This document shows, piece after piece, positions 1-8,265 of a DNA stretch of 64,000 bases (its first letter is position 1; each line of letters begins with the position of its first letter). This stretch comes from an archaeon (lineage in GTDB: Archaea > Iainarchaeota > Iainarchaeia > Iainarchaeales > DTGL01): the NCBI GenBank assembly GCA_029258755.1, contig JAPDKC010000002.1:6574-70573 (forward strand). The letters are read 5' to 3'. Both the position numbers and the translations under genes were made by a program. The notes below the pieces were generated by a model. The model was not told the DNA's origin and searched no databases. It was given only the letters and a program-made list of their open reading frames with translations.

Positions 1-300
1 GAAGGAAAAAAAGAAAAAGCTCTCGCAAAAGCCGTTGAGCTAGCTGAACAGCATGCCATTTCCGGCTTACGAACAGCATTATTGTTAATTGATGTAAAAA
101 AAGATATGGCTTTAGAGAATGTTGTTGTTAAGCGCTTTTCTACCAAACTCTCAGCAGCGAGACATCTTTTTTCCGCCTTACGCGAGCTTGATGAACAAGG
201 AATAGAGATTATAGTTGTAAATGGAATCGATGAAAGAGGGCTCGGCTTAGCTATAATGAACAGGTTGCGCAGAGCATGTAGCGAGCGGATTAGAGTATAA
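1..300 (+). CDS. 3' end of a gene entering from upstream; possibly Sua5/TsaC-family (threonylcarbamoyl-AMP synthase) C-terminal domain
   Basis: Frame 1 is open from base 1 to TAA 298-300 (ORF track lists only the TTG-started part 82-300). The tail IVVNGIDERGLGLAIMNRLRRA resembles Sua5-domain C-termini. Family call is from memory and weak. Confidence 0.35.
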   Translation, partial: EGKKEKALAKAVELAEQHAISGLRTALLLIDVKKDMALENVVVKRFSTKLSAARHLFSALRELDEQGIEIIVVNGIDERGLGLAIMNRLRRACSERIRV

Positions 301-445
301 AACAATTTCAAGCGAGCATAGCAAACAAAAGGTTTTTAAATACAAAAACACATATTTTGTTGTTGCAAAAAATAACAAAAGGATTAAAAAAAGAACCAAG
401 GAAAAATATTTAACACGTTAATGGTAAAAAATTAAAGGTGACCTT

Positions 446-1273
446 ATGTACGAAGAAGGTGCTGAAGAACAGGCTTATGCTCCTCAGCCGGCGGGTTTTA
501 AAGCAAGGTTAAGTTATCATTTTGAGGGTTTGATTCCGCTAATACTTATTCTGATTGTTGTTGTGCTTGCTGGTGCTTGGCTTGGCTTTTGGGACATTCC
601 TTATATAACGCGTGCAGCTCCAGCAAAAATGCTGATTATAGGTCAGCCAAGTTTGGAAACGCAAGCGGTGCTTGATGACTCTAAGGATCTTGTAGAATAC
701 AGGATAATGAATGCTGATTATTTGCGCGTAAATCCTAAGGAAAAGCTTGCACCTTATGATATAATTATGCTGGATCAAACAAATAGTGCTGGGCCTCCAG
801 TAATTTCAAGACCGCTTGCAGATGCTTTAAGGGATTACGTTACTAAGGGTGGCAAGTTAATCATAGTGAAGAACTCTGGAATCTATAGGGACAATGCTCC
901 TGAAATTGTTGGCTGGCTTGCAAATATGGGCGATGTTGCACCAGTGGAGTGCGTGCCAGATAAGCAGAATATTCCAAGTTGTGTACAGCCAATATGGGTT
1001 ACTGGAGAGCTTATAAGAATTGATTTCGAGCATCCAATTATGAGAGGGATTGAGAAGGTTCCAGCTCTGCCAGGAGATCCGCCATTGAGCGTTGAGGTTT
1101 TCGATGTTGCCGTTAGAGGCAATGAAGTTGCTTACATAAAAGATCTCTATTCAACCAAATACTACCCTGGCATAGTAGAAAAGCGTTTAATCCTTGGAAA
1201 GGTCATTTACTTTAACTACGATCCTGGCAAAACACCAGGGATATTCCAGAATACTCTTAAATACTTGCGCTAA
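446..1273 (+). CDS. membrane-anchored hypothetical protein (one N-terminal TM helix plus a soluble domain of about 200 aa)
   Basis: 275-aa ORF with AAAGGTGA Shine-Dalgarno-like motif just upstream of the ATG. Hydrophobic segment LIPLILILIVVVLAGAWLGFW. No family recognised confidently. Confidence 0.55.
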   Translation: MYEEGAEEQAYAPQPAGFKARLSYHFEGLIPLILILIVVVLAGAWLGFWDIPYITRAAPAKMLIIGQPSLETQAVLDDSKDLVEYRIMNADYLRVNPKEKLAPYDIIMLDQTNSAGPPVISRPLADALRDYVTKGGKLIIVKNSGIYRDNAPEIVGWLANMGDVAPVECVPDKQNIPSCVQPIWVTGELIRIDFEHPIMRGIEKVPALPGDPPLSVEVFDVAVRGNEVAYIKDLYSTKYYPGIVEKRLILGKVIYFNYDPGKTPGIFQNTLKYLR

Positions 1274-1303
1274 ATGCTCATTAAAGTTTAAGGAGGTGCG
1301 ACA

Positions 1304-1603
1304 ATGGCAGAAGAGAAGGCTTCTAAAGAGGGACAAGACAACGTTGTCTTCGTTGGTAAGAAAGGTACAATGGCTTATGTGCTTGCAGTGGTTACGCAGA
1401 TGAACCAAGGTGCAAAAGAAGTGGTAATCAAAGCAAGGGGCAAAGCGATAAGCAGAGCTGTAGATGTAGCAGAAATAGTGAGGCACAAGTTTATCACCGA
1501 TGCAGATATAAAAGAGATCAAAACCAGCACGGAAGAGGTTACAGCAGAAGACGGCAAGCCATTGAAGGTTTCAGCGATCGAGATAAAGCTTGTCAAGAAA
1601 TAA
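1304..1603 (+). CDS. albA: Alba chromatin / DNA-RNA-binding protein
   Basis: 99 aa; [51 protein letters not shown] matches the Alba (Sso10b) family; AGGAGGTG SD upstream. Confidence 0.9.
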   Translation: MAEEKASKEGQDNVVFVGKKGTMAYVLAVVTQMNQGAKEVVIKARGKAISRAVDVAEIVRHKFITDADIKEIKTSTEEVTAEDGKPLKVSAIEIKLVKK

Positions 1604-1617
1604 AAGCCGCTAGCAAA

Positions 1618-1656
1618 ATTTATTTTTTAATTTTATTTATTTTTTATTATTTTTCC
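1618..1656 (+). terminator. oligo-T tracts downstream of albA (candidate archaeal intrinsic termination region)
   Basis: Several T5-T7 runs (tattttttaattttatttattttttattattttt) begin about 15 nt after the albA stop. Archaeal RNAP terminates at oligo-T. Confidence 0.35.
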
Positions 1657-1694
1657 TTATTTGGATTTTGCCTATGTTTAAAAAGTTAATTTTT

Positions 1695-1756
1695 ATCATG
1701 ATCTGCTTTTAGGAAACTAAACCGAAAGGTATTTAAAATCATGATATTATCATGAT
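1695..1756. promoter_or_regulatory. three copies of the 8-bp palindrome ATCATGAT upstream of the 1762 gene (candidate operator)
   Basis: ATCATGAT at 1695-1702, 1738-1745 and 1749-1756. The last two are 11 bp apart and lie between a TATA-like ATTTAAAA (about 1731-1738) and the ATG at 1762. Confidence 0.5.
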
Positions 1757-1761
1757 ATATT

Positions 1762-2280
1762 ATGACTAATCAAGATTCCGTCATGAACAAAGAAACGCAG
1801 GGACTATTTAGCAAGCTTTCCAAACAATTTGCAGAGCTTACTGTTGATATTGAAGAAATATCCAAGCATTGCTCAGATCCATTCTTCATAGCACTGCTCC
1901 TGTTCCAGCTTGCAAAAGAACGTGAAAGAACGAATAAGATTTTAGAAGAGATAAATAAAAAACTCGACAAAGTTGCTAATGTTGCGCCAGCAGAAAAAGC
2001 TGGAGTAAGCGTAGGCGCAGAACAGGTTGTGCTTCCAGAAGTAGATCAGAGGATAATCCAGCTTGCTGAACAGAAAGGAATGGTAGACGCTTATGATGTA
2101 AAAAAGCTTTTAGGCTATCGCGGTCTTAATGCTGCTTCTCAAAGATTGAACAAACTATTTCGAGAAGGGTACCTAACAAAAATCCGCTCTGGTAAGAAGG
2201 TTTTTTATCTTGCAAAGAGCAAGCCTCTTTGCTCTCAGCACCACCCCAACCACCCCCCTTCTCCATCCAAAGCCCCCTAA
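1762..2280 (+). CDS. putative winged-helix DNA-binding protein
   Basis: C-terminal part YDVKKLLGYRGLNAASQRLNKLFREGYLTKIRSGKKVFYL looks like HTH plus wing. The palindromic operator candidate lies directly upstream. The last ~15 codons (SQHHPNHPPSPSKAP) come from an atypical C-rich tract, so the true C-terminus is uncertain. Confidence 0.5.
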   Translation: MTNQDSVMNKETQGLFSKLSKQFAELTVDIEEISKHCSDPFFIALLLFQLAKERERTNKILEEINKKLDKVANVAPAEKAGVSVGAEQVVLPEVDQRIIQLAEQKGMVDAYDVKKLLGYRGLNAASQRLNKLFREGYLTKIRSGKKVFYLAKSKPLCSQHHPNHPPSPSKAP

Positions 2281-2323
2281 TGTTAGGTGCCCTTCTCCCT
2301 CCTTTGCCTTCTTCTCCTTCCCT
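2238..2323. other. C-rich polypyrimidine (+) / polypurine (-) tract between convergent genes
   Basis: cagcaccaccccaaccaccccccttctccatccaaagccccc (2238-2278) and cccttctccctcctttgccttcttctccttccct (2290-2323, a single G). Strongly atypical for this AT-rich sequence. Confidence 0.6.
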
Positions 2324-2354
2324 AAAAAACATTATTTGAAGAATTAGCTTTATG

Positions 2355-2825
2355 TTAGGAGTTTTGTGATTCTTCCATTCTTTTAAGAGAATTCTTTATG
2401 TGCATAACCTTTTCCTTGCTTTTTTGTAGCTCCTCTAGTGCTTGCTTTGCCTCAGAATCAAAGTATCGTATTTCAAACCCATGTTCTAGCTGCTCTATGG
2501 CTAAATTTTCACCGAACTGTTTCTTTAACGATTCTAATAATCGTTCCTCCTCAACAACTTGTTTTAGTTTTACCCCTAAATAGTTTCGCAACTTGTTTAG
2601 TTCCATAAGATGCTGTTCTATTTCGGCCAATATATCCTCACAAGCTTCTGTGCTTATCTTAACAGGCACAAGAGCAAAGTCGTGGTTTTGAATAGCTTCC
2701 CTTATTTTATCACGTCTTTCTGCAAACCGTTCCTTCAGCTTCTGAAATTTTTCAATCTGCTGTTCGACACTCTGAAGAAAGAGGCGTAGTTCTTCTTCCT
2801 GTTCTTTGAGGTCAGGCATATGCAA
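2355..2825 (-). CDS. coiled-coil hypothetical protein
   Basis: 156-aa ORF rich in E/K/L/Q heptad-like sequence, divergent from the HerA-like ATPase gene. No family recognised. Confidence 0.5.
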   Translation of the reverse strand: MHMPDLKEQEEELRLFLQSVEQQIEKFQKLKERFAERRDKIREAIQNHDFALVPVKISTEACEDILAEIEQHLMELNKLRNYLGVKLKQVVEEERLLESLKKQFGENLAIEQLEHGFEIRYFDSEAKQALEELQKSKEKVMHIKNSLKRMEESQNS

Positions 2826-2890
2826 AACCTTCCTTTTAGGATTTTTTATACAAAAAACATTTTAAATAACTTAACATTTATTTTACTAAC

Positions 2891-4186
2891 ATGCCAATTG
2901 ACTTCTTAGCACAGGAAACTATTATAGGCAGAACACTTGATGATTTAGAAAAATATGGTAGCGAGGGAACAGGCTATTTGGGCAAGGTTGTTATTTCCAA
3001 AGGGGAAAGACCTGTGCTTGGAAGACGGATTCGCATAGATCTTGCAAGACCCCACGTAATCTTGATTTGTGGAAAGCGCGGTTATGGAAAAAGCTATACC
3101 ATGGCTGTTTTGCTTGAGGAATTTGCCCGATTGCCGGTTGCCTTACAAAACAGAATTACGGTTATAGTGATAGACACCGTTGGCATATTCTGGTCCTTGA
3201 AGATTCCGAATAAATATAATGTTGATTTGCTCGAAGAATGGGGCTTGAAACCGCAGGCAACAAACGCTCGCGTACTAGTTCCCAAAGGAACGCTTTCTTT
3301 TTATCAAGAAAAGGGAATTCCTGTAGATGGCTCCTTTACTATAAAAGCTTCCGAGCTTACTGGTGTTGAATGGATGACTCTGTTTAATCTTACTTGGCAT
3401 GATCCTGAAGGCGTGCTAATCGCTCGTGTAGTTGAGGAGCTAAAAGAAAAACTCGGTACATACTTTGGCATAGATGAAATAATAAAAGCCGTTGAGATGG
3501 ACGAAAGCGCTAGTGATGTCACAAAGCAGGCTTTGATAAGCAGGTTGAAAGCAGCGAAGACCTGGGGACTCATTGAAAAATCTGGGACAAGGATAAGAGA
3601 TATTGCTAGGCCCGCAACCATAAACATCATAGATGTTTCCGCTTACCGACAAGCGATTGGCATGGAGGGAGTGCGTGAAATAATAGTCGCTTTGCTTGGC
3701 AAGAAACTATTTGAGGAAAGAATGCTATACAGAAAGGAGGAAGAGGCACATCTAATTAGAGGCGAGCGCAGAACAAGCGCGATGCCTCTTGTTTGGCTCT
3801 TTATAGATGAGGCACATATGTTTATGCCAAAAGACAGAGAAAGCATTGCCCTGAAAGTGCTCCTCGAGTGGGCTAGGGTTGGAAGACAGCCTGGCTTGAG
3901 CTTGGTTCTTGCAACGCAAAGACCAGAAAAGCTCCACCCTGATTTTCTTTCGCAATGCGATCTTTTCATCTCGCACAGATTAACAGCGGGCCCTGATATT
4001 GAAGCTGTTGGCATTCTAAGACCAAGCTATATTTACCAAGACCTTGCCAAGTATTATGAAGATATGCCTAAAGGAAAAGGTTATGCTTTGGTATTGGATG
4101 ATAATACTGAAAAGCTCTGGCTCATAAAAGTTAGGCCGCGCTTCAGTTGGGATGCAGGTGTGACAGCAACAGCATTTACCACTTAG
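2891..4186 (+). CDS. HerA/FtsK-superfamily P-loop ATPase (DUF87 / COG0433-like)
   Basis: Walker A ILICGKRGYGKSYT, Walker B PLVWLFIDEAH, then LVLATQRP, typical of the HerA/VirB4/FtsK clade. 431 aa. Confidence 0.7.
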   Translation: MPIDFLAQETIIGRTLDDLEKYGSEGTGYLGKVVISKGERPVLGRRIRIDLARPHVILICGKRGYGKSYTMAVLLEEFARLPVALQNRITVIVIDTVGIFWSLKIPNKYNVDLLEEWGLKPQATNARVLVPKGTLSFYQEKGIPVDGSFTIKASELTGVEWMTLFNLTWHDPEGVLIARVVEELKEKLGTYFGIDEIIKAVEMDESASDVTKQALISRLKAAKTWGLIEKSGTRIRDIARPATINIIDVSAYRQAIGMEGVREIIVALLGKKLFEERMLYRKEEEAHLIRGERRTSAMPLVWLFIDEAHMFMPKDRESIALKVLLEWARVGRQPGLSLVLATQRPEKLHPDFLSQCDLFISHRLTAGPDIEAVGILRPSYIYQDLAKYYEDMPKGKGYALVLDDNTEKLWLIKVRPRFSWDAGVTATAFTT

Positions 4187-6537
4187 CTATTTCTTATAAC
4201 TCTATGTATAGCAATTTTGTCATTTACAAATATCTTCGCAAGCTCTTCGAATTCAAGCTCTTCTGCGAGCGGCTTGTTGTCTATAACCTTTTCGTTTATT
4301 AAAAACCTTTCATTAAATACCAACGAGATGTTGTACCTTTCCAATATCAAATAATCCTTCTCTTTTAGAAATCTGTAAGCATCTTCTATTTTCTTTTCGT
4401 CTGCATATTCTACCATTAAATCCGCTAGCGTTTTTCTTTCGGCTTTGTAGGCAATTAAGTGCCCGAAATAAGGGTCTGCAAGAACATTTTCTGATGAAGA
4501 GCTGTATTGTTTCAAAAACTCAATAGCAGAATCAACTTCTGGAGCAACAGTGTAACCATAAGAAAGAGTTATCGCAAGGTAAAGACCTATAAAAAGTACA
4601 AATGAAAACATCAAAGAAAAAAGCTCGCTTACCTCTTTCTTATATGACTCCAGCGAGTAGCATATGAACAATGCAAGCAATACCGCACTAATAAGCGATA
4701 ACCTCGAAGACAAAAAGCTTTGGAGCAGAAGCACAGCCACTATAGAACAAAAGAGCAGCTTTTTCTCCCTGTTTATGACCGCGCGGTTCTGAAGGATGAG
4801 TTTGCTCTCGAAGATTAGAAAGAAGAGAAACAAAAAGAAGAGTATTCCCGGATCTGCAAGCAGTACAAGAGGACCCATGCCTATTAAGTAGCCCCATTGT
4901 TGGGAAAGGATTTGATAGGGAAATCCCGCTCTTAAAAAGATGGGGGCATAAAGCGGGCAGAACAGCATAACTGAGCCAAAGGTAACAATTGCTGTTTCCT
5001 TAGCTATTTCGGTTAAGGAGCTTTTTGGATTTTTTAGTTTGGCTAAAATAGGAAAAAGAATCAAAAAGAAAATTAAAAGAGGAATCTGAATAAAAAGCCC
5101 TATCGCTAATGCAAACATCGCCTTATAACGCATTCTCTTTAATGCTAAAGCTAATGCTGTTAAAAGAAAAGCCAAAGCTATGCAATGTCTCGGCGTAAGC
5201 GTTATCGTAGAAAAAACAAACGTACTTGTAGAAAGTACTAATGGGAAAAACAATAATGAGCGTTTCAATCCTAAGGTATTAGCTAACAGAAGGGATGCAA
5301 GGAGCATAAAAAGAGCCCCTGTGCAGCACATTAAAGCCAGTAGTTGTAAACCTTCCAGGCCCGCTAACAATGAAAGAGAACCCTCGATATAAAAATACCC
5401 CGGGATAAATGTGAATGCTCTGCCAAGATAGCTTAATTCATCCACTTCAGGCATACCATGGTTTGCAAGCACCTCTTTAGTGCCTCTCTCATAAAAGATG
5501 TTGAAATAGGTTTCATGGCTTGGAATAAAAAGACCGAAAAATATAACCACAAAACCAAAAAAGAATATGAGCGTTAGCTCTTCAATACGAATCTCGCTTA
5601 GCCACTTTCGTATAGATATTCTGCCTTCCTTAAATTTACCCTTTCTTAAAGAACATGCAAAAAATGCTAAAAAAATAATAGCATAGGTAAAGAGAATATT
5701 TTGATAGGTGAACAGTTTGAATAATCCTAAAACGAAGCCAATCAACGCAAGCAATCCTAAAAAGAATGCAAAGGCGAGCGTAGCTTTTAGATAGAAGTCA
5801 TATTTAGAAAACAAGGTGTATAAAGAAAAAGCCATAACGCCAAGCACAAGAATAAGTAACCCTATTGTCCCGCCATTAAGCTTCACATAAGTTTTGGTTA
5901 TGCGATCTTCAGAACCAGGAACCTTAACAATAACTTCGTTCACCCCTTCATTTAATTCGATACGTTCGATAAAAAGCTGCTTTTCCTTTTCAGGATAGAC
6001 AACATGATCGAGCTTATTGTTAACCCATATCTCAACAGGCAAAAATTTGTTTTTAGGGAAGTTTGATACTTGGAATTTTAAGCTGCGATCTTTAATACCA
6101 ACTATTTTAACCTTAGGAATTTCTTCCTTTTCAAGCTTAGAAACCTTTTCGAAATTAAAGAAGAGTTTTAGCTCACCAGAGAGTATCTCTACCTTATGCT
6201 TTCCTTCTTGAAGCTCAGATACTTCTATACAATAATTTCTTCTATCTTCTGGCTTTACTTTAAAACGGTCCTTAAGTATTTCTTTTCCATCCAAATATAT
6301 CCTGAGCTCAGCGTATCTTTCCTGCTGGCTGCGAGCTTGTACTAAAAGTCCAAAGCACACTCTTTTATCTGCTTTTTTATCAAACGAATACAACGCTAAT
6401 GAAAATAGGTTCTTTTTGTAGGCAAAAATATGCCAATATTTGCTAACAAAAATACTTGCAAAGAGTAAAAGCAAAACTATTGATATGAAGAGCGTCTCCC
6501 TGCGCACCATAGAAACACTAAATAAAAACTGCAACAA
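4183..6537 (-). CDS. large polytopic membrane protein, possible GT-C-fold / STT3-like glycosyltransferase paralog
   Basis: 784 aa: N-terminal TM, two beta-rich segments, more than 12 hydrophobic helices, C-terminal soluble domain. ENVLADPYFGHLIAYKAERKTLADL aligns by eye with the WWSYGHWLTFVSERKVFADN region of the AglB at 62142. The start may be the internal Met at 6510. Confidence 0.45.
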   Translation of the reverse strand: MLQFLFSVSMVRRETLFISIVLLLLFASIFVSKYWHIFAYKKNLFSLALYSFDKKADKRVCFGLLVQARSQQERYAELRIYLDGKEILKDRFKVKPEDRRNYCIEVSELQEGKHKVEILSGELKLFFNFEKVSKLEKEEIPKVKIVGIKDRSLKFQVSNFPKNKFLPVEIWVNNKLDHVVYPEKEKQLFIERIELNEGVNEVIVKVPGSEDRITKTYVKLNGGTIGLLILVLGVMAFSLYTLFSKYDFYLKATLAFAFFLGLLALIGFVLGLFKLFTYQNILFTYAIIFLAFFACSLRKGKFKEGRISIRKWLSEIRIEELTLIFFFGFVVIFFGLFIPSHETYFNIFYERGTKEVLANHGMPEVDELSYLGRAFTFIPGYFYIEGSLSLLAGLEGLQLLALMCCTGALFMLLASLLLANTLGLKRSLLFFPLVLSTSTFVFSTITLTPRHCIALAFLLTALALALKRMRYKAMFALAIGLFIQIPLLIFFLILFPILAKLKNPKSSLTEIAKETAIVTFGSVMLFCPLYAPIFLRAGFPYQILSQQWGYLIGMGPLVLLADPGILFFLFLFFLIFESKLILQNRAVINREKKLLFCSIVAVLLLQSFLSSRLSLISAVLLALFICYSLESYKKEVSELFSLMFSFVLFIGLYLAITLSYGYTVAPEVDSAIEFLKQYSSSSENVLADPYFGHLIAYKAERKTLADLMVEYADEKKIEDAYRFLKEKDYLILERYNISLVFNERFLINEKVIDNKPLAEELEFEELAKIFVNDKIAIHRVIRNS

Positions 6538-6573
6538 AAGTTTATTTAAAAACCTGTTGTTATTTTTTCCTAT

Positions 6574-8085
6574 ATGGCTTGCAATAAGCGAAGCATAACT
6601 TTTTTAGTTTTTGGCCTTGCTTTTGCCTTGCTTTTCTTGCTTACCTTGGCTTCAAGCGAATTCGCAAGCTTAATGCATGCCCTTAATAGGGCTGTGTATA
6701 GTGGTTATTCGAAGGGAAAGCTTATTGTTTCATTTGCTTGGTTTATTTTGCTTCCTATTCTAACTTCAGTTTCGCTTTATTTTAGGGCATACAAATATCT
6801 ATGCCGTTTTGAACTAGTTTTTCTAGCCATTTTTTTATCGGCAATAATTTCTGGCTTTATACTGGGTGCGCTTCAGTTTAAGACCTTTGCTAGTGGTTAC
6901 AGGCCGAGATGGATGTTCGCCACGATCATTTATGAAGATAATTATCGCAACTGGGAAGCGAGCAAGTTTTACCACAACCATTTCCCAAAAGCAACACTCT
7001 ATTTTATAAAGCAACTTTTGGGCATAAACTTTGGCAACGAATTTGATGATGGTAGACCTTGGTTTGAGTTTCTGGATAGTGCCAAGCTATTTTGCCCACT
7101 CTATCTAACCCTTCTTTTAATAGTACTCTTCGCATTTCTTTTCTACCTTTTTTCTATAGCCGACCAGCTGCACATATTGGATTTCTTCCTTTTAATTGCA
7201 AGCGCTTTGGGTTTGATAATTTATATGCTTGATGGCGGTTTGGCAAGCGCGCCTATGAGCATAGTTCTCTTCATGTTTTTCCTGTTTTTTGTTTCCAGGT
7301 ATGTGAAGCTCTGTGAAACTCCTCTACAAAGAGCTTTGCTAGCGCTTGCTCTTTCGTTAGCTCTTAATCTCCTCAGCGTAGGTGTTTTTGGCTACTATGT
7401 TCCAACAAATTCTTTTCAAATGTTTTTGGTTTTGTTTGTCTTTTCAGTTTATGCCCTGTGCTTTGAGATTAAAAAAACGAATATTAAAAAGATAGGGCTT
7501 GTTAAAGGTTTGCAAATATTCTTTCTCGTGCTTCTTTTGATTTATTCCTTCTTCAGAATCTTTCCCACATTGGAAGTTTATGCTTTTGGAAAGATGCTTG
7601 TTGATTATACAGAGCTCGGTTATACAGATGTTCAAAAAGGAAGTGCGCTTTATATTTATGGACTACCGCCTGAACTTAGTGAAACAGAACTAAGCAAATT
7701 TTTTCAAAGGTACGGAGAAATCCTTGAATTAAATAAGACCGGTTGGGTAGCTTTCATAAGAATAGCTCCTAAGGTTAGCATAAGGGATAAAGAAATAGAA
7801 AAGGCCCTAAAAAAAGAGTTTCGCCCAAAAACATATCTTTATGTTATAGAACTAGCTCCTAGAGCTGTTTATGAGAGCATATATGTGTACTGGGGGAGAG
7901 AAACAAATTCTAAAAAATATATAAGAGATAGGTTTGCTGATATGAAGGTATTGCGCAGAATTGAAAAAGGAGAAGAAACGGTGCTTATTGTGGAAGCTCG
8001 AACCGGTCCAACATGGCAGCTTCTCTCAGTGCTCACAGAAATAAAAGAAAACGGCTATAAAGGCAAGGTTTTAGTCGCAAAATGA
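6574..8085 (+). CDS. polytopic membrane protein with C-terminal RRM-like (ferredoxin-fold) domain
   Basis: 503 aa, about 10 hydrophobic helices, then ALYIYGLPPELSETELSKFFQRYGEILELNKTGWVAFIRI...YLYVIELAP, which resembles RNP2/RNP1 of an RNA recognition motif. Confidence 0.5.
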   Translation: MACNKRSITFLVFGLAFALLFLLTLASSEFASLMHALNRAVYSGYSKGKLIVSFAWFILLPILTSVSLYFRAYKYLCRFELVFLAIFLSAIISGFILGALQFKTFASGYRPRWMFATIIYEDNYRNWEASKFYHNHFPKATLYFIKQLLGINFGNEFDDGRPWFEFLDSAKLFCPLYLTLLLIVLFAFLFYLFSIADQLHILDFFLLIASALGLIIYMLDGGLASAPMSIVLFMFFLFFVSRYVKLCETPLQRALLALALSLALNLLSVGVFGYYVPTNSFQMFLVLFVFSVYALCFEIKKTNIKKIGLVKGLQIFFLVLLLIYSFFRIFPTLEVYAFGKMLVDYTELGYTDVQKGSALYIYGLPPELSETELSKFFQRYGEILELNKTGWVAFIRIAPKVSIRDKEIEKALKKEFRPKTYLYVIELAPRAVYESIYVYWGRETNSKKYIRDRFADMKVLRRIEKGEETVLIVEARTGPTWQLLSVLTEIKENGYKGKVLVAK

Positions 8086-8095
8086 AGCGTGTCTT

Positions 8096-8168
8096 TGGGC
8101 CCGGGCGGATTCGAACCGCCGACCTCCTCGGCGTGAGCGAGGCGTCATAACCACTAGACCACGGGCCC
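8096..8168 (-). tRNA. tRNA-Val(CAC)
   Basis: Reverse complement GGGCCCGTGGTCTAGTGGTTATGACGCCTCGCTCACGCCGAGGAGGTCGGCGGTTCGAATCCGCCCGGGCCCA folds as a cloverleaf. Anticodon stem CCTCG/CGAGG, loop CTCACGC. Confidence 0.92.
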
Positions 8169-8265
8169 CTAAAAATTAATCCTTAGGAAAAGGATTTAAA
8201 ACACCAATCTTTAAAAATGTTCAAGTGCTAATTTTATTTAGCTTTAAGTTTTGCGGGGTGCGTGA

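Noticed and set aside
2126-2332. 68-aa Gly/Glu-rich minus-strand ORF
   Set aside because: It is a by-product of translating the polypurine strand of the C-rich tract, and it overlaps the 3' end of the wHTH gene.
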